From assembly GCA_000934665.2 (NCBI GenBank), contig JYFJ02001084.1, positions 1 through 64,000 on the forward strand: a stretch of 64,000 bases of DNA, given 5' to 3'. The notes below the pieces were generated by a model, which saw only the letters and a list, made by a program, of their open reading frames with translations, did not search any database and was not told where the DNA came from. Both the position numbers and the translations under genes were made by a program. This document shows positions 40,633-53,600 of the stretch, in pieces. The stretch comes from Catajapyx aquilonaris. Lineage: Eukaryota. Position 1 is the first letter of the stretch, and each line of letters opens with the position of its first letter.

Positions 40633-40970
40633 CTATAGATCGGTCACTATTCGAACGCAACAGAGTGGCCAATTTTATTACAGGAATTTTATTACAAACT
40701 GTATTCCTTCCTGTAATCAAATTGGCCACTCGGTTGCGTTCATATAGTGACCGATCTACAGGGTGGTCCAAGTTCAAGTGTCGTTTTATAACGGCGATTA
40801 TTAGCAGTGATTTTGCGATGACGTAGCAGCGACGCGTAAAATGTCTGACTTCGGCGCATCTTCGGCGCAATCGAAGTGGGCAATTTTACACGTCGCTGCT
40901 ACGTCATCGTTAAGCGCTTCTATTAATCGCCGTTATAAAACGACACTTGAACTTGGACCACCCTGTATAG
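40633..40970. mobile_element. Nested pair: CTATAGATCGG foldback element with a mariner-type MITE (40759-40965) inserted in its right terminus
   Basis: Outer arms CTATAGATCGGTCACTAT / ATAGTGACCGATCTA..TAG. Inner TA-CAGGGTGGTCCAAGTTCAAGTGTCG ... CGACACTTGAACTTGGACCACCCTG-TA. Confidence 0.85.
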
Positions 40971-41658
40971 AAAAACCCTCGCGTCGCTTGCTTGCTTTTT
41001 TTCTAGGCCTGCGGATTGCGGTGGAGGCTATTGTTTTGCTGTTGATTAGAATGTTTGTTTGTAACTCCCTGTGTCAGCGCACGCGCAGGGGGTTGTTTTG
41101 CGAGCAGGGCAGGGAGGGCGCTGCCTCCACCCATTGATCATGCGCAGAACGGGGCCAATCGGAAGCGTCGCGGTAACAAAATGCGGCGTGCCAATCAGAA
41201 GGCATAACCATACACAATATTGTAGATACGAGATGATCAACAGATTGGCGACACTGTAGTGGGCCGGTTCCGGAACCGCTTCGGTGTGTTTGTGGAATTA
41301 TTCATAAGCTGCGTAAATTCGTGGCCTGTTTGCCAGACTTACCGGCTGATTCGGGGCGAATCTAGATCAAAAGGAGTCAACATCAACCTTGACTCCTTAT
41401 GACAGGAATAAGCCCTTGCAGTTGCCAAACTCTGTCCCCCACTCCCCCACCCACTAGACCCCCACCAAAAACCCCCGGGTGTCTTTGTAGAATGAGGGAC
41501 GATCACCCCGAGTAGTAGTCTGGAGTCAAAAATAGTCAGAGAGCACTTCCCTCCAACCCTCCCCCCCAAAAAAACAGATAGAACCCCTCCAAAAAACACA
41601 CACACACAACTAGAGATAATAGAAACAATGTCATTCGTGCAGGAGTCGCGGTGACGAG

Positions 41659-44600
41659 ATGGCGGAGGAGGTCACTGGTGGGGCTGACCTCAGGTCGGCC
41701 AGGGGTGACCAGCTGCAGCCCCAGTCGCTCACCAACAGCGCCTCGCCCAGCCCTGATCCGGATTCAAAGTCCAGCAGGCACTTCATCTTCGACTTTATTG
41801 GAGGTCAGTCACTGTGTTTCTGCCATTTTTGTATACATACAGGTCATTGGTAGTCTTGACAAGAGATAAATGTCGAAGTTCAACTTGTGTGGGGAGGCTT
41901 TCACCCAGTTTAAGACGAGAATTCAGAGGCCATTAGACAGTGTGAATGACCTCCACTGGCATATGAGGTCATTCACTGTATAAAGGTCAGTGACCTATAA
42001 ACCGCTGACACACTGACAAGTGAAGGTCGCTCACTTGGGATGAAACATTATTTTTATTCACACATTATTTTTAATAAAAATTATTTAAAAATTTACAAAC
42101 GTTTTAATCAGAGGTCAACAACCTCCATCTGCATGTGAGATCCATCACACTGTATAAAGGTCAGTGACCTATAAACCGCGGACACAAACAAGTGAAGGTC
42201 GCTCAGTTCGGATGAAACATTTTAAATAAAAATCATTTAAAAATTTACAAATGTTTTAATCAGAGGTCACCAACCTCCATCTGCATGTGAGATCATTCAC
42301 CCTGTGTAAAGGTCAGTGACCTATGAACCTCTGACACATTGTATGACCTCACTGTCAAGTGAAGATCACGGACATCTGGTTTAAAATTATATTAAATAAA
42401 ACATCATTTAAAATGTAGCCTATTAAACAGAGGTCAGGTCAACAACCTCCACATGGCAGTGAGGTCATTCACCCTGTCTGCAGGCCTATGACCTTTGAAC
42501 CTTTCACACAATGTGAACCTCATTGGCCAGTGGAGGTCGCTGACCTCTCAGAATTGTTTTAAATCGTAGGTCAGGACCTCCACCTGCCTGTGAGGTCATG
42601 CACACTGTCTAAAGGTCACAGAGATGCTTATGTGTCAATGCCCTCTGAACTCTCCTCTTAACCTGGGTCGACTATTCAATTAATTATTGATGTAAGCGGT
42701 GTGTTTTACTAGGTGAAGGTGAGAGGTCAGATGTGGGCGACCCCTCCGGTGCTTCCCGGGTGCTGACCGAGGCTCTTCAGGAGGAGAATGCCTTTCTGGA
42801 CTACCTCCGCTCCCTACCTCTGCCAATCAGCGCGAGCAGTAGCAGCAGCGTGGTGGCAGCCGCAGTTGCAGCCTCCGTTGCCAACAACAATAACAACAGC
42901 AGCAGCAGCAACGGCCAGCAAGGTGTTAGGGAGAGGTCTCGTCTCCTGCAGAAGAGCATGTCCCGCAGCAGCATGTCCAACCCCAAAGTTGGCCTGGACC
43001 ACTTGGACAACCTCTGCAAGCTGATGGAGCAGTTGGGCGAGCTGAAGGACCAGAACACCAAGCTGCAGAGGAGGATCCAGTACCTGGAGGACATGCGGAA
43101 CCTGCAGGAGATGCACAAGGAGCTGCAGGAGGTCCTGCAGGCCAAGACCAGGCAGCCGCAGCAGCCGCAGTGGGTCACATCCAGCGGGGGTCACCACCAG
43201 TCCCAGGGAAGGAAGGTCATCGATCTGACCCCGTCCACCGTGTCAGAAGGACCCTCACCGGTCACCACCCCTCATTTACACCAGCTAATCAGGAGAGGGT
43301 CGCAGGAGAGCCTGCCCACTAAGGTCAGTCACAGGTCAAAGTTCAAATATACCGTACACTGTACCCTTTTCTGACTCTAGTGTCCGGCGGAAGCGAAGCG
43401 GACGGACTCGAAGCCCAAGGCTCACCAGTCCAAGTTTCGCAAGTCCTTGATGAAGTACAGGGAAAGAAGCAAGTCAGTGGGACACGAGGACATGCCGCTG
43501 GACCCCAGGGTGGGTACAAAGTTCATTTCAATTATTACATCAGGTCAGCTGCTGGTCATTCTCTTCAGGTGCCCACGATCACGTCGGGAGCCCAGCCGAT
43601 GAAGGCGAAGGTGTCCAAGTGGACCAAGGTGAAAGAGGCGCTTAAGTGGGACAAGGTGACGCCATTAGAAGGCGCCACTGCGACCATATCCTCCCCGCTG
43701 TCCAGGGTGGCCTGCAACCCATCGGAGGAGACAGTGACCAGACGCATGTCCGCCGTCCCGCTGGACAGTCCCAGGCTGACCACTCCAGAGAACAAGTCCC
43801 AGGACAGCGGAATAGGACAGCTGTCCGAATCAGGCGCCAGGTTCCTGAAGGTTCCCAACACTCCAGAGGCTGAGCTGAGCGCCAGTCCGGCCGACTCTGT
43901 CCTTAGTGGACACTCCTTCTCCATGTCCTTTTCGTCGCACCGGTCATCAAGGGTCATGCCTCCAGGCGGTACCACGGAGGATGCTGGAGCGCCTTCAGGA
44001 GGAGCAGCATCCTACTCGTCATCCTCCTCCTCTTCTGAGGACCTGCCGAGTCTGAACAGGCTCAACGCCAACGACTCTGGTGAGTATGGGCGTGACCTTT
44101 GACCCAGGGGCTCATGGAAACGAGAGTTCAGAGGCCATTGACATTCCATATCCTCGACCTTTATACACAGTGTGAATGACCTCCACCTGCATGTGAGGTC
44201 ATTCACACTGTATAAAGGTCAATGAACACTGACCTTCTGACACAGTTAATTGACTTAATCGACCCAGTTTAAGACGAGAGATCAGAGGTCATTGACACAT
44301 AAGCAGCCCCTTGACCTTTAGACCCAGTGTGAATGACCCCTACCTGCCTGATGTGAGGTCATTCACACTGTCTAAAGGTCAAGAATCACTGAATCTCGAG
44401 AGTTCAGAGGTCATTGACACATAACCATGTCCTTGACATTTAGACGGTTTGAATGACCTTATTGGCAAGTGGAGGTCACTGACCTATTATTAAAATGACT
44501 AAATAAGGTCAACGACATCCACTAGCCATGAATGGAATATCTCTAAATGTCAAGGACATGCTTATGTGTCAATGAACTGGATTATTGATTCAATCAATCT

Positions 44601-47600
44601 TCCGGATGTATTGACTCAGGTGAAGGTGAGAGGTCAGATGTGGGTAAGTAGACAACTGTGATTCTGGCTCACCAACAGGTTACCAGAGGACGTCGTCGGC
44701 AACCGACTCGGTAGGTCACTTAGAGGTGTCGAGCGTGGTATCGACGACCACCGTCGCCACCACCACCTCCACCATATCGGCCGCGACCACCGCAGACGTC
44801 ACTCGACGCTCCAAGTCCCTGGAGAGCGACGACGCCAAGGACCGCAAGAAGCCGCCCAAGAGCGCCTGGGGACGCGTCAAGAACATCATCCAGACCAGGA
44901 AGGATAGCCTGAAGCGACGTCACCGGAAGAGCGTCGTGACTGGTTGCGAGGGCGACGGCGCCGGTGGGGTCAGTGTGTCCATATCGTACCCGAGTGACCA
45001 GGACGTGGAGGAGGACGAGGAGGAGGACGAAGAGGACGCTGATGAGGAGGACTATGATGCGGCCAGCTGCGACGCCAACGACGGAAAGCCGGACGATGAC
45101 GAGTATGTCGTCACGCCGTCCAGTCGGAAGCGGTTGACCCCTCAGCTGACGGTGACCATACCGTCGACTGAGGAGCTGCACACGCTGGTCAGCCGGACCG
45201 CGGTGGACGACCGACCTGACGCGTCCAGGGGGGTCAGCAGCACCGGATGCTCCCCACCAGCGCCGCGACGCCCATCCAAATGGACCAAGGTGAAGAAGGC
45301 CTTCCTGACGTCCGCCAAGACGAAGGAGGAAGAGACTTCCATGTCGGCGCCGTCCAGCCCAAACAGGACCTCAATGTTTGTCTACGAAGGTCATGACCCC
45401 ATCGAAGGTGTGCATCGTTCCGTTAGTGTTTCAGGAGGCGACGTCGAAACTTATCTGGGTCTTTCTTGGAGAAAATGTACAATGTACAGAAAACCCTCCA
45501 TCAGTTTGGTCTGCCTTTTGGTCACCAGGAAACTTGTCTTTCCAGAAGCAGAGATCCAGAGGAACTATGAGGAGCTCCAGGTGAAGCTGAGTCAGGAGTT
45601 CCAGAAGAAGATGCACGAGTGGGACAGTAAGAGGAAGGGGTCAGGCAAGGCGGGTCAGGCCAGTCACAAAGGGGATGACCTGGCTCATGACAAGGAGTTC
45701 AGGAAGAAGATGCAGGAGTGGGAGCGAATCAAGGGCAAAGGTCAACAGGGAGGTCAAGCAGGGTCGCCCCAGACGGCCCCGGCGGATGGAGAGCGGAACC
45801 TGTCTCCTGACTTCAAGAAGAAGCTGCATGAGTGGCAGAAGATGAAGGGGGCTGAAGATGGTGGACCAACAGTGACAACGACAGCAACACCAGCGACAAC
45901 AACAGTAACGACAACAACAGGCAGCAAAGGTATATCACATATAGAATTGGCCTCTAGATGTCTGTCCGCGGTGAGTCATCAGCTAGGTGCACGCAGTACC
46001 ACTTTCACATGATCCCGAGAAGTTTTTTAAATGAGAGCAACCGAGTGCGCACCCACACTCGCGCAGCTCCTCGGTTGTGATGTCATATAGTAGGGGTAAG
46101 CTAACTTATGGGTTTTGGGAGGTGGCTTGTGTCCTAGGCAACCATAATTAGCCCCGCCCCCTACCTGTCGACCAATCATGATTCGATTTCAAAGGAGATG
46201 GGCGTTACGTTCTAAAACCTCAAGAATGAGATTGTTTACACCAACGCAGTTCTGCCGTCAGATATGAGAAGACCGTAACTCAATGTCCACTTCCCCTTGC
46301 GGCGAGAAAAGAAAGCAGTGGTACCAAAAGCACCCAACAGGTGGAGTTGGGATGCCGTTCCTTTTTCCCCCTTCCTCCAACGCCACCTCTTGGATGCTTT
46401 CGGTAACACTTGCTTTCTTTTCTCGCCGCAAGGGAAGTGGATATTGAGTTACGGTCCTCTCCCATCTGACGGCAGAGTTGGTAACCTAGCTAGCAGGGGG
46501 GAAATATTCCCCCACCAATCATTCTCCATTCCATACAAAAAAAACTCAGCAGGGGGCGGGGCTAATTGTGGTTGCCATGGACACAAGCCACCTCCCAAAA
46601 CCCATAAGTTAGCTTACCCCTACTATAACAATGTTACAGGTATATCATAACAATGTTACGCCGAATAACATGTTGCCAGAGTTACTCCCTGTAGCCTCTG
46701 AGACCGTTGGCAACGTCGCAAACATATGCAATTTTGATTACCCGGAGAGCAGCGTTGGAAATACGTTTAGCGCTTATTATGTACCAGTACACCCACTCGC
46801 ACTCGTCAGAGAGCTTACCAGCTATCATTGAAAATGTCAAGCGTGCACTCTGCGCGAACTGTGGTGCGCATTCGGTTGCGATCGTAGAAAACTCATTAAT
46901 AGCGTGCAGAGAGTGCCATCTATGTGAGCGATATGGTACAACGTCTTCTATTTCAGGCAGAAGGCAAGAGAGGGCTGTGACTCACCAGGAGAGCCTCCCG
47001 CCGGACTTCAGAAAGAGGCTGGACCAATGGGAGATCTGGAAGGCTGTGTCGGGGAAGTCCCCATCGAACGTGGAGGAGCTGCAGAAGAAGCTTCCTCTGG
47101 AGTTCAACCGGAAGCTGCAGGAATGGGAGAGGATCAAAGCTCATCCGCCTGCTCCTGGGGGAAACCAATCGGGTTGCTCCTCTTCCGGCCCCTCCTCCAC
47201 TCGCTCATCCCACAAAAGCAAGAAGTCCAAGAGGGAAGGGGCGGGATCTGGGGCGGGACCAGGGGCGGGGCCGGGGGAGAAGCCTAGGGAGAAGGAGCTG
47301 CAATGGCTGGAGCGAGAACTGCACAAGATCGAGCGAGAAAAGCTCAGGCTGGAGCGGGAGCGGGAGAAGTTCCTGGAGAGAGAAGCCAGGTATGTTCAGG
47401 GACTACGCGATAAGCCTATACTGCCGTCAGATGTGAGAGGACCGTAACTCAATATCCACTTCCCTTGCGGCGAGAAAAGAAAGCAAGTGTTACCGAAGGC
47501 ATCCAAGAGGTGGCGTTGGGGGAAGGGGGGAAAAGGAACGGCATCTCAACTCCACCTGTTGGATGCTTTTGGTACCACTGCTTTCTTTTCTCGCCGCAAG

Positions 47601-50600
47601 GGGAAGTGGACATTGAGTTACGGTCTTCTCATATTTGACAGCAGTATACATTATGAGCCCCCTGTTTGTTCCAGACTGGAGAAGATGCGGGAGGCGATGA
47701 AGAACCCCCATCAGGGTCGGAAGAAGCAGGAGGTTCTGATCAAGACTTCTAGGGGAGAGTTCAGGTTCGAAGGGATCTCCCAGAAGTTCACCAAGAAGCT
47801 GTACGAGTGGGAGGAGAGACGAGGGATAGGACCAGAGTCCTCGACAATTGCACTTCTGGACCCGAACTACAGGCCCAGGGACTCAAAAAAGGGAAAAGGT
47901 GGCAGCACCTCGGCCGAGACCAGCAGGAAGCAGCAGGGTCAGAAGAAGTACCAGGAGGAGCAGCCTGCCAAAGGTGAAGTGTCGAGCGGAAGTTCCGCTG
48001 CCGGTGGCGTAGGGACGCTGACCAGATCCAAGTCTGAGAGCAGCGTGGTGGATCTGGTGGCTCTGTCCTCTGCCCAGGGACAGTCCAGGTTGTCCCTTGC
48101 TAGGCTTCAGGAGGATGCGGACAGCCAGGCGGACACCCTGCAAGGTTAGTGTCAAGCCCAGTGGCGCCAATGATGACCTGAAACGCGGAACTGTTTCAGA
48201 AGCCAGAGCCGCGTCCGAACCACACTTGTCGAAGGATGACGCAAGGAGTCAGCGTCAACCATCGCCGGAGACCTCACCCTCGATGACGGACGACACGTCG
48301 CGGACTCTTGTATCTGACGCACCATCCGGACGCATGAAGGAAGTATCAATATTCAGCTACGCGCCGTCTGAGATAACCAAGCTGATAGACTCAACAAGCA
48401 GGTGAGTCCACCTCTCACGTTCTGGTAGGTGCGTCACTTACGCCGAAAGCGGTTTCAGCGGAAGTGACGAGGGAGACGCCAAGGTGCAACGCAGCGAATC
48501 GGTGCGGACCGAGTCATCATACAAGCTGATTGAAGAGAACATGTCGCTTCTGGACAAACTCAAGCGGAAAGAGGACATATGCAGGTCAGGTCTGGGGGGG
48601 GTCCTCTCCCGGGAAAAAAAATTGTCAACATTCAATTTTGCAGAAAACTGGAATCCGAGATGGAGTCGCTCGGGGACAGTCTGGTAGACGTGGAGAGAAC
48701 TCATCAGAAGGAACTAGGTACGCATGCACTAGGTGAATTTTTTATGAGCGCAACCTAGTGCGCAACACACCCCGCGCAAAATTGTTTCCAACATTACGCT
48801 TGATGGGGTAACAATATGGCCAAGGCTCGGGAACGAACCTTAGAGGCTACCGGTGTGGCTTTGACCCCCGAGGAGTAAATGGCAACGTTGTTGTCGGAAC
48901 AATGAACTTGCGCGAGTGTGGGTGCGCACTAGAGAGGCTCCGAGTCTGGCTTCAGGTCGTCTCTGATTGGCTGGAGTAATTTTGGACTGTTTACGTGTCT
49001 CATGGAGGCCGCTATCTTGCGTAGCTATGGAAATAGTGGCAGGCTCTGACGTCACGGTCGACTCCGATTGGATGCAGCCAGAAGGCCTGTGCTACTCCAG
49101 CCAATCGGAGTCGACCGTGACGTCAGAGCCTGCCACTATTTCCATAGCTACGCAAGATGGCGGCCTCCATAGGTCATGTAAACAGTCCAAAATTACTCCA
49201 GCCAATCAGAGATGACGCGACTTGAAGTCGTCGTGGAGTAGGGGCCTACCTTGTTGTCGGAATAATGAACTTGCGCGAGTGTGAATGCGCACTGGGTTGC
49301 GCTAGTAAAAAAATCATTGCATCATACATAAAATTGGCTCGGATATGCCTCGGAGGCCAGAGAGGGAGGATTGCGCCATCTATGTGAGAGACATAGCATT
49401 ATGTGGACAATCGGGCGTCCGGACAGGGTTTCCAAGTTTTGACAATTGCAAAACTAGTAAAAGCCACTACTAATTGACATTTTGGATTGATTTCAGAGCG
49501 ACTCAAGCTGAAAGAAAATGGCGCGGGTGGCACAACCAGTTCCAGCCAATCGACAGCACTATCTGAGGGTAACCAAAAGGTGGTGGAGCAACTGAGATGC
49601 CGGATACAAGAGCTGGAAACGAGAGGAAACACCCTTAGAAAAGAGAGGGAATCCCTGCAGGTATATACACACGATTTGTGTGTGTGTGAATGTGAGTGCC
49701 TCATTCGGCATGCTGGTTCCCCCATAACCAATCGCAGAGAGGCGCACAACCGGGTGTGTATTTTGTCCTCTGGCCAAGGATGAGGCTGGGGAACACCCTC
49801 TGGCAATTTTCCGCCACGTTTTCTGCCAGGATAAAGTTCAGCTTCGACCACTCCCATGGTTCTTCTGCTTATCAATTGTTCAATTAGAAGACATTGAAAT
49901 GCGGAACTATCACTGATACACCAATGTTCTCTACAAACTGTGCTGCGAACTGATTTAAATTATGAAAATTAAATTTGAAAATAGTTATTTTAAAATCCTA
50001 CATTTAAAACATTAAGTTGGTTTAAAATGGTCGTATTTGTGGCAAAAATGTGTAACATCTTGTATGCCAGTCCCTTCAGAGTAGACAGGAAGGCTTGGGT
50101 CTAAAATAAGTCTTAGCAGGCTGGGGGTGGAGGGTCTAACCTGGCAAGGTTTCAGGGAGGCCCGGAAGTTTATGCGGTAAGTCTGCGTCACTGATGAGCT
50201 CTGTTTACGGTGGTCCCTTTGCTTTGGTTGATGGAGGGTGGGGGAGGGTAGTAAANGTTGATGGAGGGTGGGGGGAAGTAAATGAGGGGGGCAATCACAA
50301 GATTCAAGTGGCGTGAACCACTCCAAGTGTTTGAGGACACTCTTCCAGATATCTCAACCTCACTCGATATCACGCCACTTATATTGGCAACACTTGCTAG
50401 AAGGCGGCTTCCTTTGATGCTCGAGGAAAAGAAGAAGAAGAAATCAGTGAGTCCTGGCGAGAACTCAAGTCCCACTATTTTTGTGATAAATTTATTTCAA
50501 CTGAGACGCAGCAACAATATTCTCCAAAGTGATGGGTGGTGGGCTCAAATGGGTGCAAAATGAGTACACAACATACTCTAATTATTTTTCTGTATTTTGT

Positions 50601-53600
50601 CCAGAATTACTTTGAGCAGCACAGTGAGCAACAGGCAGCATTGGCCCAAAGCCTGGTGGCCAAAATGCGTCAGTTGCAGGAGGCCAACCACTCTGCTGTC
50701 GATGGCAGCAAGAGAGCGACCTGCACGACGTCCACGTCCACTGGAAGGTGGAGGCGAGGGGAAGACGATGACGAAGAGGAGGAAGAGGAAGAAGAGATGG
50801 AGGAGATGGAAGATGACGAGGACGACGAGGAAGATAGCTCATGTCAGAACAAGAAGAAGGACGTGGCCATTGTCCAGCAGACGTCTCTCTCCAGAATCAG
50901 GCAGATTTCTTCAGAGCTCCTGCAACAGGTCAGTTGCAGCAACAATATTTGGGCCATAATCTGTACACGCATGCGTTGACTCTGCTAACCAAGGCGTGAT
51001 TGGTCATTTCAGATGAGGCAATGAAAAGCTTTGGCTTATTGTTTTCAATTACTACACAATATGATGTTGAGTAGATTCTTCCTTCTTGCATACCTGTACC
51101 ACCAAATCACTCCTCGTCAACACTCCCAAGTAGATGGCACTAACTCCGGATGTAATTTTTTTCAGGCTCAGAGACTGGAACTGGCACTGATGGAGAGAAA
51201 TAGAGAAATTCGTAGCCTGCGATTGGAGTTGAGGGATAGACAAAGGGAGAGCAGTGCGGCACAATCGCGGGCAGTCGCAGGCGGTAGGAGAGTACCGCTG
51301 TCATACTGCACCAACAGGAGGTATTGGGCTTCTGCAGACGGGGTCATATGCAGCCGGTCGAAACCGAATGAGGTCAGTTTTGCAGTGGTTTGTGGTGAAG
51401 GTCTGTGTCTGCTACTGTCCGATTGTTATTTTCAGGACCAGGATGATGTGGGACATGAGGATGGTCTGCAGAAGTCGGGGTTGATGCATCAGGAGTCGCT
51501 TGAGATCGCCCAACTACCTTCAGCCCTGACCAATAAAGTGCAGGAACTCAAGCAGGAGCTGGTGCTTCTCTGCTCCTCCAGGGCAGGTACACCACAGTTG
51601 CTGGGAACAATCAGTAGAAATGAAAGTTAAAATGTTCCTCGTCGCAGGTATGGACGACTCTAAAAAGAAGGAGGCGAGCTGCAGCGGTGGTGGTAGCACT
51701 CAAACGGTGACCAAAGGCGTGTACACGGTACCGTCCAACTCGGACGAGCTGTGCACCACGTTCGTCGTCAAAGTTCGTAAGCCTTCGGTCAAGCACGATC
51801 CGGACGCCTTCATCGAGTCCACCAGGTGTCACAAAGAGGTAAGTACATTGTTAATAATTGTTGTATATATTGGCAAATATTTGTTGCAATCCACGCAGGG
51901 CCTGGGAATGGTGATGGAGGACGAGACGGCTTCCTCATCCAGGAAATCGTCCGAGGAGGTCCAGATGATCCTCCTTCCTTGTCCCAGGAAGCGATCCTCC
52001 GTGGTCTCATCCTCCGAGGACGAGCGGGCCTATTCGACTGACCGAGAGAGCGCCAAGGACACCGAGAGCGACGATGACGACCCGGAGTCGGACAAGATGA
52101 CCAACAAGGACGTGCAAGTCGGACAGGACGTTAACAACGCAGGAGATCCAGACTCTGTGTATGTCTTCACTCTCAAGCCATCCACCAGCAGCAAGAGGCC
52201 TGACGACTCGTCTGAAGGGGACAGAAGGAAGCCGGACGACGACAGGTAAGTCCATGGAGTGCACCCAAGTCAAGTGTAAGCCCAGCTAATTCTTCGCAAA
52301 GACTGACTTACCCATCTGGGGAGGACGAGGTGGCGTCGGCTAAAAGCGACGAGACCCTGACCATCGTCGCCACCGACGATGAGAAGCCGTCTGACGCTGG
52401 ACTGTACCATGCCAGTCCAGCGATGGTCGAGGAGATGTCCAAGTCAACTCCGGATCAGGAGGAAGAACCGTCGCAACAAGTAGTGCTGAGGAGGGACAAC
52501 AGCTTGAGACGACCCCAACCGTCCGAACGCGACGTTTCGGGCGACTACAGCAGCACGAAGGACATGCGTTTCGCACGTACCTTCTCGCAGACTATATACG
52601 ACGACGAGGAGCCGTCGTGCGGCGGCGGAAAGGTCAACCCTCTGGTGCCAACAACACGCTGCATCTTCTCTCCTGTGCACCAGGATAGCCAGGGCCAGGC
52701 CAGCAGCGCCATCAGCATGCTGCTCAAGTCCATCAGCCAGGAGTCCGAATGCGGCGGAGACAGCTCGGCCACGCCTCCAGTCCCGCAGTGGCGACGCAGG
52801 CCCGAGCCGGCGCCACAATCGCCTCTAGTTGGCCGTCGAAGGTATATTCCGACCTCCCACCGTCAATGCTGCCATCGAGGGGTTATTAACTTACTTATTT
52901 TGCGTACACGGACTGCCAGGACTACCCAGGCTTCCATCGGACTACCTCTCTAGAGTCTAAACTCTAAACTAACCTCGGACTACCCCTACCTTTGGACTAC
53001 GTACCTCGGACTAATTACTAAGGTGTACACGGACTATCTCAGACTATCCTTGGAGTACCCCTGGACTATCATGTACTAACCCAGACTAACCCGAGGACTA
53101 TATTTGGACTCCACCTGGACTAACCCAGACTAACCCGAGGACTATGTTTGGACTCCACCTGGACTAACCCGGACTAACCCGAGGACTATATTTGGACTCC
53201 ACCTGGACTACCCCGGACTACTTACTAAGGCGAACACGGACTAACCTTAGTAAGTACAGTAGTATGCCAAGGTAAGTCCGGGGTAGTCCAAGGATAGTCC
53301 GGGCACAACTTAGTTACTAAGCCTTAGTGACTAAGGTGTACACGTACTAACTCGGACTATCCTTGGACTACACCTGGACTACCGCCGGACTACCTCGTCC
53401 GGACTATCCTCGGTTACACCTACCCTTGGACTACTCCGGACTACCCCCAGACTACTCACTAAGCCTTAGTGAGTAGTCTGGGAGTAGTCCAAGGATAGTC
53501 CGGGTTAGTCAGAGTTAGTCCATGTAGAGTACACCTAGTGACTAAGGTGTACCTGGACTATCCTTGTATCGATACTACCTCGGACTACCCCGGACTACTT

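Larger units (their letters stand above)
46021..46893. mobile_element. TIR element family copy 2, hosting two nested insertions
   Basis: AGTTTTTTAAATGAGAGCAACCGAGTGCGCACC ... GGTGCGCATTCGGTTGCGATCGTAGAAAACT. Confidence 0.75.
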
